Shown piece after piece: positions 18,926 to 27,022 of a stretch of 54,115 nt of DNA (position 1 is the stretch's first letter; each line of letters opens with the position of its first letter). A program made the position numbers and the translations under genes. Location of the stretch: the NCBI GenBank assembly GCA_048060725.1, contig JBGMQU010000006.1:1-54115 (forward strand), written 5' to 3'. The DNA comes from Gemmatimonadota bacterium. Its GTDB lineage: Bacteria > Gemmatimonadota > Gemmatimonadetes > Palauibacterales > Palauibacteraceae. The notes beneath the pieces are model-generated. The model ran no database searches. It saw only the letters and a list, made by a program, of their open reading frames with translations, and had not been told where the DNA came from.

Positions 18926-19591
18926 CTAGTTTCCTGCTGCCTGCGCGGCTGACCATGCGTCGAAATCGGCCCGCTCGTGTATGACCACCTGCGCGGCCAT
19001 TCGGTAGTGACCGAGCCCGCACAACTCCGCGCACGCGATCTGGAACTCGCCGGTTCCGGTTGCCTCGAACCAGATCGGGATCGTCATGCCCGGCACGGCG
19101 TCCTGCTTCACCCTCAGTTCGGGCACGAAGAACGAGTGAATCACGTCCTCGGAGCGCAGGCGCACGATCACGGGCTCGTACGCCGGGAAATGAAGTTGGT
19201 TGCGGACGGTAAAGTCATCGGCCGTGTCGATCTGCCCGTCCGGGCCCGGGTAGGTGATGTTCCACTCGAACTGCTTCGCCACCACGGAGAAGGTGAGCGC
19301 CCCATCGGGAAACGTGCCGCTCCCTCGAATGCTCGCCCACACGCTCCCGGAATAGATCCCGAGCGCCCCGATGATGAGCGCCGGAATCGTGATCCAAATG
19401 ATTTCGGCCTTCTTCGAACCGTGCGTGTAATGGGCCTTCCGTCCGTCGCGCGTGCGGTACTTGATCATGAACCAGACGATGCCGGCCTCGACCAGGACGA
19501 ACGCGGTTCCCGTGAGCACCATGATGATCCAGAACAGGAGGTCGATGACCTCGCCCTGGGTCGAGAAGTTCGGGGGTAGAAACCAGGTCAC
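18926..19591 (-). CDS. ctaC: Cytochrome c oxidase subunit II (CuA)
   Basis: Two TM segments, QFEW, DVIHSF, KQDAVPG and CAELCGLGHYRM. No cytochrome c fusion. Confidence 0.95.
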   Translation of the reverse strand: MTWFLPPNFSTQGEVIDLLFWIIMVLTGTAFVLVEAGIVWFMIKYRTRDGRKAHYTHGSKKAEIIWITIPALIIGALGIYSGSVWASIRGSGTFPDGALTFSVVAKQFEWNITYPGPDGQIDTADDFTVRNQLHFPAYEPVIVRLRSEDVIHSFFVPELRVKQDAVPGMTIPIWFEATGTGEFQIACAELCGLGHYRMAAQVVIHERADFDAWSAAQAAGN

Positions 19592-19639
19592 GGGCTCTTC
19601 TCCTCGGTGACGCTTTGGTTGGAACGGAGGAGAGGCGCG

Positions 19640-20518
19640 TTAGCGCCCCGCCACTCCACTCGGCGAACCGCGGTTCTCCATGCCGTTCTCGCCGCGGTCG
19701 ATCACCAGCGGCTCACCCAACGGTACGTCCGCCCCGGCCATGTCGGCGCTGTAGTCGAAGGAGAGCGATGCCGAACCACCGGCCGTGACGGTGACGCTGG
19801 CCGACATCGTTCCAAACACTTCGTGCCAGGCCTCGGCCGTGTACGTGCCGGCGGGCACGTCGGAGATCGTGAAGCTGCCGTCGGGTCCGGAAACCGCGAA
19901 GTACGGGTGGTCGACGACGCCGATGAATGCGGTCATCCAACCATGCACGTCGCAACGGACCGGGATCATCACCTCGGCGACCGCGAACCTCTGGGTGCTC
20001 TCCATCCCTGCCTTGGGCTGGCTGGTGTTGAAACCACGATTGTCCGTGGGGCTGGCGTTGATGTTGTGGAGCATGTCGTCGGAATTCGTGATCTTGAGGT
20101 CCTGACCAACCTGGACGCCGAGGACATGCGGCGAGTAGCGGCAGTTCTTCTGGTCTATCGAGACGGAACCGCTCGGCTCCGGCGCATTCGAGACGCCCGT
20201 CAGGTACACGAACACGTTCGCGAGCTTGCCGTTGTCCGCGAGAACCTCGATCGACATCGGGCCATCGGCGTCGTAGGCCGCGGCACAGTCGGCCTCTGCC
20301 GACATGTCGATGGCTGTCGCCGCCGGAACGTCACCGGCGAAGTTGATGGTTCCGGAAATCGTGCCAACCGTCGCCGGATCGATCGCGGTCGCGGCAGGCG
20401 CATCGCCTGCGCCGGCATCGCCGGCGTCGGCGGATCCCGCGTCACTACCGCCTCCGCAGGCCGTGATGACCGCGGCGGCGACAAGCAGCGGGATCTTCTT
20501 GAAGACGTCGTTACGCAT
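19640..20518 (-). CDS. Lipoprotein with cupredoxin-like and carboxypeptidase-regulatory-like domains
   Basis: Lipobox ITA-C, then IDQKNCRYSPHV, NSDDMLHNIN and RCDVHGWM (H...CxxHxxM). GGAGG RBS. Confidence 0.78.
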   Translation of the reverse strand: MRNDVFKKIPLLVAAAVITACGGGSDAGSADAGDAGAGDAPAATAIDPATVGTISGTINFAGDVPAATAIDMSAEADCAAAYDADGPMSIEVLADNGKLANVFVYLTGVSNAPEPSGSVSIDQKNCRYSPHVLGVQVGQDLKITNSDDMLHNINASPTDNRGFNTSQPKAGMESTQRFAVAEVMIPVRCDVHGWMTAFIGVVDHPYFAVSGPDGSFTISDVPAGTYTAEAWHEVFGTMSASVTVTAGGSASLSFDYSADMAGADVPLGEPLVIDRGENGMENRGSPSGVAGR

Positions 20519-20582
20519 GTGGTTCCTCCCTGTCAACTATTCATGGCGGTTACGTCGAGTTTTGTCGCTTTTCCGTGCAGGG

Positions 20583-22136
20583 TCAGGCCCTTGCCCGACG
20601 TTGAGCACGGCGCACGAGAACGAGCCCAAAGGCTCCCGTCAAGAGGATCATCAGAAGCGGCGTGACCACGACCGCGTTCGTCGGTTCTTCCTCCAGCAGC
20701 ACGTAGTACCACGTCGAGACAGAGGCTCGCTTGCCCATTTCACCGCTGGATCCATCCCAGACAGCGAACGCTATGGGGATCGCGGATCCCTCGGCGAACG
20801 TAAGGCCGTCGCTCTCGGCTTCGATCGGACGGCGGAGGTAGAGCGTCCACTGCCCCGCCTCCCATCTCGCGTTTCCCTCGAGCTCTCCCTCGAGGGGTTC
20901 GACGGATCCGAAGCCCCGGGCCCGACCCTCACCGACTCCCGACGCGGTGTTCCAGGTCCACAGATAGACAGGGTTTCGACGGTCTCCATGGAGGAAGTAT
21001 GGACGCTCCGCCCCCTCTGGAATCTCGAACGGAAACTGAATGTTGATCGCATCGGGCGGGCGGACCGTCGGCGACCCGGCACTATCCACTGCCAGAGGGT
21101 CCATGCCATCGAGGTCGAGCGTCGCCTGTAGTTTGGTCTGCCACTCGTCCCAGCCGGGGTCAGGGCTGTCCGACGGGTCCGACCACCGAACCCGAAGTAC
21201 GAGGTCTGTACCGTCGTGCATCCCCTGAACCCACACGCCGTCGACGGTTGGTGAAAAGTTGCGGGGTCTCTGGACCACCTGACCGGCCAACGGGAAAAAG
21301 AAGGAGTCGACGACATCCCACGCCTCCGCCGAACCGTCCGCCGGGAGCCCGGCGTCGGGGGCCCGGCCGACCCTGACGACCTCCCTCACTCGTGGCATCT
21401 CACGCGGACCGAGGCTCGAGACGAACTGGGCCAGGTGCCAGACCTCATCCGGCGACACCACACCAGAGTTCATCGCGTCGATCGCGGAGGGCATCGGAGT
21501 ACCGTCCAGGCCGGTGAGGACGCGCGTATGAATGTCCTCGACGGACCCCCCTCCGTTCAGTGCCCAGGCCTCCGTGAGATCGGCCGCCCGAATCGGAAAC
21601 CCCCGCCAGTCCTCCAGCGTCGGCGCCGACGTACCGTCTCCCCGCCCGGCCACGCCATGGCACGCCTCGCATTCGAGCGTGAGGTAGGCCTCGGCTCCCA
21701 CGGCAAGCGAGTTCCCGCCCGGTCCCGGATCGGCTCCGAAGTCCAGCGCCTCGGGCGCCGGGCCGGCCGCGAAGAAGCGCGAGAAGCTCTTGATGTACGC
21801 TATGATGTCCCGTTTCTCCTGACTCGAAAGATTGGGCCATCCCGGCATGGTCGTGCCCGGGAGCCCCTTCTCGAGGACCGCCAGCAGGTCCGCATCGGTG
21901 GGCAGTTCTCCGTTTCCGGTCGTGCGGACCTGGTACCGGGCCTGAGAGAAGTTTCGGGGGCGTGGGAGCATCGAAGCGGCGGCCGACCCGTCGCCGAGCC
22001 CCTCGGCGCCGTGGCACTCCACGCACCACCTGTCGTAGACGGTCTTCCCGGCGTCCGTATCCTGCGCAGTGAGCGGTGCGACCAGCGCGACGCACAGTGT
22101 CGCAGACAGGAGACCCATCCTCGAAATTGACATCAT
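20583..22136 (-). CDS. Diheme cytochrome c fused to an EbdC/NxrC-like (DOMON-type heme-binding) domain, with C-terminal TM anchor
   Basis: Signal peptide, CVECH and CEACH, GLPGTTMP and GTPMP. EB_dh-like LRVRWSD, PDAINIQFP and AFAVWDGS..E. Confidence 0.82.
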   Translation of the reverse strand: MMSISRMGLLSATLCVALVAPLTAQDTDAGKTVYDRWCVECHGAEGLGDGSAAASMLPRPRNFSQARYQVRTTGNGELPTDADLLAVLEKGLPGTTMPGWPNLSSQEKRDIIAYIKSFSRFFAAGPAPEALDFGADPGPGGNSLAVGAEAYLTLECEACHGVAGRGDGTSAPTLEDWRGFPIRAADLTEAWALNGGGSVEDIHTRVLTGLDGTPMPSAIDAMNSGVVSPDEVWHLAQFVSSLGPREMPRVREVVRVGRAPDAGLPADGSAEAWDVVDSFFFPLAGQVVQRPRNFSPTVDGVWVQGMHDGTDLVLRVRWSDPSDSPDPGWDEWQTKLQATLDLDGMDPLAVDSAGSPTVRPPDAINIQFPFEIPEGAERPYFLHGDRRNPVYLWTWNTASGVGEGRARGFGSVEPLEGELEGNARWEAGQWTLYLRRPIEAESDGLTFAEGSAIPIAFAVWDGSSGEMGKRASVSTWYYVLLEEEPTNAVVVTPLLMILLTGAFGLVLVRRAQRRARA

Positions 22137-22933
22137 TGCGCCTCCCCTTCCGCGCCCTCTTCCTCCCACGTGCGGGGGCTGTTCCCCGTCCGCTCGTAGA
22201 GGTAGAGGATCACCGACCAGATCTCGTTTTCGTTGAGCATGGTCTCCCAGGCCGGCATCGCGGAGTCCCATGGGGTGCCCTCGACGGGCAGGCCGGGCCC
22301 GCCCTTCGCGATCCGCCAGAAGACGTAGCTCTCGGTCAGCTGGGCGATTGTGCCGCTACTCGAAAAATCGGCGGGTATCGGCGCGAAACTCGAGGCGTAA
22401 TGCCCCTGGCCGTCGAGGAGATCGCCGTGACATGGCACGCAGTTACGAACGTAGACGACCGCGCCAGTCTCGAGGTGGCTGGCCAGGTCACCGGAGTGTC
22501 GGAGCGGGTTCTCCAACCCCGTAAGCTGCATCGCCACGCCCCGGAACGTGATCGAGTTGGGGGGCGCCGGGTGGATCGATCGCAGGCTGGCGGGGGCACC
22601 GAAGCTCGGCTTGACGTTTTGGTAGGCGAACCAGCCGACCAGAAGCGGCAAGGCAACGAGGAGAATCCCGCGAAGCGTCCGTCGCTCGGGATCCACCATG
22701 GTACGATTTATGGGCTCCTTGAACCGGGCCCAGCGCGCCTCTTCCGCACTCATGTAGAGGAGCACTCCACCGAGGGCCGTGAGCATGTATTGCGTGATCA
22801 CCGTACTCGGGACCGGGGCGCTCGCCACGCCGACCACCGGCAGGAAGTAGCCGATCCCCCACTTGAACACGACATAGGCCCCGAACAGGACCAGCGCGCC
22901 CTGCCAGAACGGGTGCTTCAGTACGCGCATCAT
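22133..22933 (-). CDS. Membrane-anchored monoheme cytochrome c
   Basis: Three N-terminal TM segments, CVPCH and SAMPAW. Confidence 0.85.
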   Translation of the reverse strand: MMRVLKHPFWQGALVLFGAYVVFKWGIGYFLPVVGVASAPVPSTVITQYMLTALGGVLLYMSAEEARWARFKEPINRTMVDPERRTLRGILLVALPLLVGWFAYQNVKPSFGAPASLRSIHPAPPNSITFRGVAMQLTGLENPLRHSGDLASHLETGAVVYVRNCVPCHGDLLDGQGHYASSFAPIPADFSSSGTIAQLTESYVFWRIAKGGPGLPVEGTPWDSAMPAWETMLNENEIWSVILYLYERTGNSPRTWEEEGAEGEAQ

Positions 22934-22945
22934 GCGGATCGCCGT

Positions 22946-23767
22946 CTATTCCCCATCGCCGCCATCTCCTCCATCGCCGTCCTCTCCTTCGCCGCCTCCC
23001 ACGAGGAAGTCGACCAGCGCTTCGAGTTCGGCCGGCGATATCATCTGGGCGAAGGTCGGCGGCATGGTTCCGGCGAAGGCCTCGAACCCCTCGGCAACAT
23101 CGGCGTTCGGATCGATGATGGCGCGCAGGATGTACTCCCGGTCCCTCCCCGCGGCATCCTCCATGGGAGGTCCGACTTGCCCCCCGTTCCCCTGGTAGGA
23201 GTGGCACGCGAGGCAACCGTACGAGTTGAACAGGTCGGGCACGTTGATGCTCCCCGGGTCCCCCGCCGCCACATCGCCGCCGGGGGGTGCCGCCGCAAGA
23301 GTTGCCGCATCCGCGGTCAGGGCCGATGCAAAATCATCCGCGTTCACCGTAACCGTCCCTCCCTGGTCCTCCAGGAAGGCCACGAGCGACCAGAGCTGCG
23401 CCTGGCTCAGAGTCCGGCTCTGATCGAGCATGATCGGCTGGAATCCCTCGACGATGTAGTCGAGCGGCGAGTTGAGAGACGCCCACAGATACTCCTTGCA
23501 ACTCTGTCCCGGCACCCGGGTCTCGCAGGCGCTCCCGACCACCCCCAGAAGATCGGGCGCGCGCGTTCCCAGACCGTGGCACGCCGTGCACCCGCCGATT
23601 CCGGCGAAGAGTTCTTCCCCGATCGCGACGAGTTCTTCGGGGGTCGTCTCCGCGGTGAGCACGACCTCTCTCGGAACTGCCGACTGAACCTGCGGGATGA
23701 TGTTCGCCACGAACGTGTATACGCCCAGCGTTCCGATCACGGTGAGCAGAATCTTCAGATTCGTCAT
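22946..23767 (-). CDS. Membrane-anchored diheme cytochrome c
   Basis: N-terminal TM segment, CTACH and CLACH, distal Met in QPIM and GTMP. Confidence 0.87.
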   Translation of the reverse strand: MTNLKILLTVIGTLGVYTFVANIIPQVQSAVPREVVLTAETTPEELVAIGEELFAGIGGCTACHGLGTRAPDLLGVVGSACETRVPGQSCKEYLWASLNSPLDYIVEGFQPIMLDQSRTLSQAQLWSLVAFLEDQGGTVTVNADDFASALTADAATLAAAPPGGDVAAGDPGSINVPDLFNSYGCLACHSYQGNGGQVGPPMEDAAGRDREYILRAIIDPNADVAEGFEAFAGTMPPTFAQMISPAELEALVDFLVGGGEGEDGDGGDGGDGE

Positions 23768-23834
23768 GCGCGCGGACCCTCCGATTTATTGACATCTTGC
23801 TCGAGGTTATCGCGTCTACTACGTGTGGTGGCAA

Positions 23835-25601
23835 TCACTTGGCATCCTCATCAAACACCGATTTTTCCGCCAGTCCGCCCAGCCAGAAGATCATCCCGAC
23901 AAGAACGAAGAAGATCAGAACGCAGATGCTGATCATGGTGGCGGCGGGCCCGAGGGCCGGGGTGAACGCCTGCTCGCTGGTATCCCGGACGACTTCGTAC
24001 ACGTGCCAGTGCTGTCGGATGCCGGACCGGGCGAACCCCATCAGCCCCATCAGCCAGGTAAAGGTCACCGCAAGGATGATCAGCGCGTACTGCGACCGCG
24101 CGGGCATCTCTCCCCACCTGATCTCTCCCCGCGATTTCGCGCCGCGCATCATCGCGATATCCAACCCGATCACGAACACGATGGTCGCGAGGACCGCCCC
24201 GACCTGGTACACGGAGAATCCGATCCGAACGATCGCGCTCACGAAGTATCCGTACACCCCGTAAAACACGACGATCACGGCCGAGACGGCGAAGGCCGCG
24301 CCCTGCAGCATCGTCCCCATCTTCGCCCACCCGACGACCGGATCCTTGTTTGCCCGCCGATACATGAGGAAGGAGAGGAACGTGGTCAGAATCATCAGAT
24401 TGACGGCCGTGTTCTTCGCGCTCATGACTCCGAGTACGCCGAGGAACGGGTGGTGCGTCCCACCCATGGCCGCGATCTCCGCCCGATTCGCGATCATCGT
24501 ATGCGGCGTCGCCCAGACGATCACTCCCGTCACGAGCACGAGCAGCATCCACTTGATGTAGGGCTGGAATCGCTCCGCTCCGGGGATCCGTCCCATCCCG
24601 ATCCACAAATAGTAGTTCCCGGTCAGGAAGAGCACTCCGATGAGGAAGGCCTGGATAATCCAGAGCCAGCTCATGAAGCCCCCCATCATGGTGATGCCCA
24701 TCTGCTGGTTGAACTCGTAGATCTCCCGACCGAGGTAGTATCCGGCGAACGGCAGCACGATCAGCGCGCCGATCGCGATGAAGTTCCCCGTATAGCCCAT
24801 CCAGTCGTAGTGCGCGCGCTCTTCGTCCGTTTCGGAGGTCAGGAAACGGTACGCCGCGTAGGCGCCCACGATCGCGCCTCCGAACACGACGTTCGCGATC
24901 AGCCGGTGAATATTGATCGGCATCCAGGTGGCGTTGTTGATCGCGCTCCACAGCCGGACCGTCTGCGGAGCCGTATCGACCGTGACCTCGGCCGGCGGAC
25001 TCATCATGTAGGTGAGCCAACCGTTGGCGATGAACATCACGATCGTACCCCAGATGTTCAGCAGCACGCCCAGTCCCAGGTGGACCTTCTTGGCCACCCC
25101 CTTCTTCCACGCTTCCCACCCGTAGTAGTAGAGGTAAAGCGTGAACGACTCGAAGAAGAACAGGCCGGCGTACAGCCACATCGAGGGCGCGAAGATCGCG
25201 GTCAGGTAGACCCAGAACCGCGGGTAGAGGGTCGAGACGAGGAAGACGAGAAGCGCGCCCCATACCGCCGTCGCGCTGTAGGCCACCAGCAGCAGTCGCG
25301 TGAACTCCTTCGCGAGCTTGTCGTAGCGCTCGGAGTCGGTGAAGATCCCGATCGCCTCGATCACGACCGCGAACATCGGCACCCCGAGGACGAAGGCCGC
25401 GAAGAGCAGATGCAACTGCGCCGCGATCCACACCGCGCCGCGCCGGTCGAGCCCGAACACGCCGAAGTCGCCGTAGTCGGGGCCCGCCGCCTGGGCGAGC
25501 ACCGGAAGCGCCACGAGCAGCGCGAGCGCGGCCAGCTTCGCCCCGCGAACCCACGGTGCGGTGCGTCCTCTGTCACGAGTCATGGTTGGGTCCACCGTCA
25601 T
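23835..25601 (-). CDS. Cytochrome bd subunit I-like (CydA-like) membrane protein
   Basis: Motifs AQLHLLFAAFVLG, FFFESFTLYLY, ANGWLTYMMSP, NIHRLIAN and MGFARSGIRQHW. No cydB adjacent. Confidence 0.83.
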   Translation of the reverse strand: MTVDPTMTRDRGRTAPWVRGAKLAALALLVALPVLAQAAGPDYGDFGVFGLDRRGAVWIAAQLHLLFAAFVLGVPMFAVVIEAIGIFTDSERYDKLAKEFTRLLLVAYSATAVWGALLVFLVSTLYPRFWVYLTAIFAPSMWLYAGLFFFESFTLYLYYYGWEAWKKGVAKKVHLGLGVLLNIWGTIVMFIANGWLTYMMSPPAEVTVDTAPQTVRLWSAINNATWMPINIHRLIANVVFGGAIVGAYAAYRFLTSETDEERAHYDWMGYTGNFIAIGALIVLPFAGYYLGREIYEFNQQMGITMMGGFMSWLWIIQAFLIGVLFLTGNYYLWIGMGRIPGAERFQPYIKWMLLVLVTGVIVWATPHTMIANRAEIAAMGGTHHPFLGVLGVMSAKNTAVNLMILTTFLSFLMYRRANKDPVVGWAKMGTMLQGAAFAVSAVIVVFYGVYGYFVSAIVRIGFSVYQVGAVLATIVFVIGLDIAMMRGAKSRGEIRWGEMPARSQYALIILAVTFTWLMGLMGFARSGIRQHWHVYEVVRDTSEQAFTPALGPAATMISICVLIFFVLVGMIFWLGGLAEKSVFDEDAK

Positions 25602-25632
25602 CGCCTCTCGCTTCACCCGGCCCCCCGGGCGA

Positions 25633-27015
25633 TCAAGGAGTTCGTCGGCCGCCCGCAAAGAACGGCAACCGTTTCGAAAAATCGACCGGCATTGATCGTC
25701 GAACCTCGGCCATCACCTCGAGCGTCACCCGCTCGTGCCCCCGCTCACGGGCGAACGTCTCGACCCTGCTCGCCACCACGCCTCGCACGAAGGACGGAAT
25801 GCTCGCGAGGCGTTCGCTCGCGTCCGGCGCCCAGGAAAGTTCGAGCGCCGTCGGATCGCCATACATATTCGACTGCGCCGGACCGACGGGCGGATTGTGG
25901 CCATCGGGCTCGTAGACGCATGACAGGTCGGGGCCCAACAGATCGCCATCCACAGCGTACGCTCGGGCCCGGCAGCCTCCGCAGATCTCACGATATTCGC
26001 AGCGGCCGCATTTGCCGCCCAGTTCGCCCTCCCGGAGCAACCGGAACACCGTCGCGTCTCGCCAGATCTCGCCGAACGAGCGCTCGGACAAATCACCCGC
26101 TACCTCGGGCATGTACGGACAGGGCGTCACCTTTCCTTCGGGCGTGATGCGGCAGTACTGGACCCCGCACGGGCATCGCGTCCGATAGTGGAGAAGCGGA
26201 GAGTCCGGGTCGTTTTCGTACACGTGCCGCATGAGCTGCGGCTGACACTTCGAGCGGATCATGAGGCGCCCGCGATACTCTCGCTGAAGCTCGGCGAGCC
26301 GAACGAGGATCGCTTCGTTCTCCTCGGGAGCCAATCCGCGCATCCCTTCCGCTCTCCCCGTCTCGACGAGGAAATACACGTTCAGACAGACGGCGCCGGA
26401 CCCTTCCGCCCAGGCCGCGACGTCCTCCAGTTCGTGCCGGTTTCCTTTCGTAACCGAGAGCTGGATCAGGAAATCCAGTCGAGCCTCTCTCAATTGCTGT
26501 ACGGCCGCCAACGTGTCGGCGAGTGCTCCGTCGCCGTGCCGGAAACGGTCGTGATACGTCGGGTCGAGCGAGTCGACGCTGAGCGCGACCCCGCGTACGC
26601 CCGCCTGCATCAGCGAATCGATGCGCTCGCGCGTGAGTCCGGTGCCGTTGGTCCCCACCACCACCGTCGCCCCGCCGTCCGTCGCATGACGCGCGATGTC
26701 CTCCAGGTCAGGCCGCACGAGCGGCTCGCCGCCGCTGAGGATGAGCAGCGGCGACGGGTTCACTTCGAGGATCTGGTCGATTACCGACCGGCAGGCGTTG
26801 GTGTCGAGCTCTTCGGCTGCGGACTCCCACGAGCCGGCGGAAATGTAGCAGTGGGCACACGCCAGGTTGCATCGGCGCGTGATGTTCCATGCCACGACGT
26901 GTGGGATATGCCCCGGTCGGATCCCCCGGGCCGAAGGCCGGGAGCCCGGGTCGTCCTGCCACAGCGGACGGAGCGGCGCCCCCGTTTGCGCGGGGGCGGG
27001 TCCCGTCACCGGCAT
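25633..27015 (-). CDS. Radical SAM/SPASM protein (AhbC/AhbD/NirJ-like) with C-terminal PCP_red-like domain
   Basis: VAWNITRRCNLACAHCY and LSGGEPL. SPASM cysteines CPCG..C..PCPY..CGRC..CGGCRARAY. C-terminal WAPDASERLASIPSFVRG. Confidence 0.88.
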   Translation of the reverse strand: MPVTGPAPAQTGAPLRPLWQDDPGSRPSARGIRPGHIPHVVAWNITRRCNLACAHCYISAGSWESAAEELDTNACRSVIDQILEVNPSPLLILSGGEPLVRPDLEDIARHATDGGATVVVGTNGTGLTRERIDSLMQAGVRGVALSVDSLDPTYHDRFRHGDGALADTLAAVQQLREARLDFLIQLSVTKGNRHELEDVAAWAEGSGAVCLNVYFLVETGRAEGMRGLAPEENEAILVRLAELQREYRGRLMIRSKCQPQLMRHVYENDPDSPLLHYRTRCPCGVQYCRITPEGKVTPCPYMPEVAGDLSERSFGEIWRDATVFRLLREGELGGKCGRCEYREICGGCRARAYAVDGDLLGPDLSCVYEPDGHNPPVGPAQSNMYGDPTALELSWAPDASERLASIPSFVRGVVASRVETFARERGHERVTLEVMAEVRRSMPVDFSKRLPFFAGGRRTP

Positions 27016-27022
27016 GCCTTCG

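Noticed and set aside
23789-23822. Antisense promoter (TTGACA) between the cydA-like and cytochrome c genes
   Set aside because: No -10 element at a plausible spacing.
20583-25601. Evidence for nitrite oxidation or phototrophy
   Set aside because: No nxrAB and no bch or puf genes in the window. NxrC-like and PCP_red domains alone are insufficient.
23823-26147. 774-aa plus-strand ORF and other long Arg/His-rich antisense ORFs (e.g. 22076-23932, 7812-9293)
   Set aside because: They lie opposite well-supported genes and have the composition typical of shadow frames.
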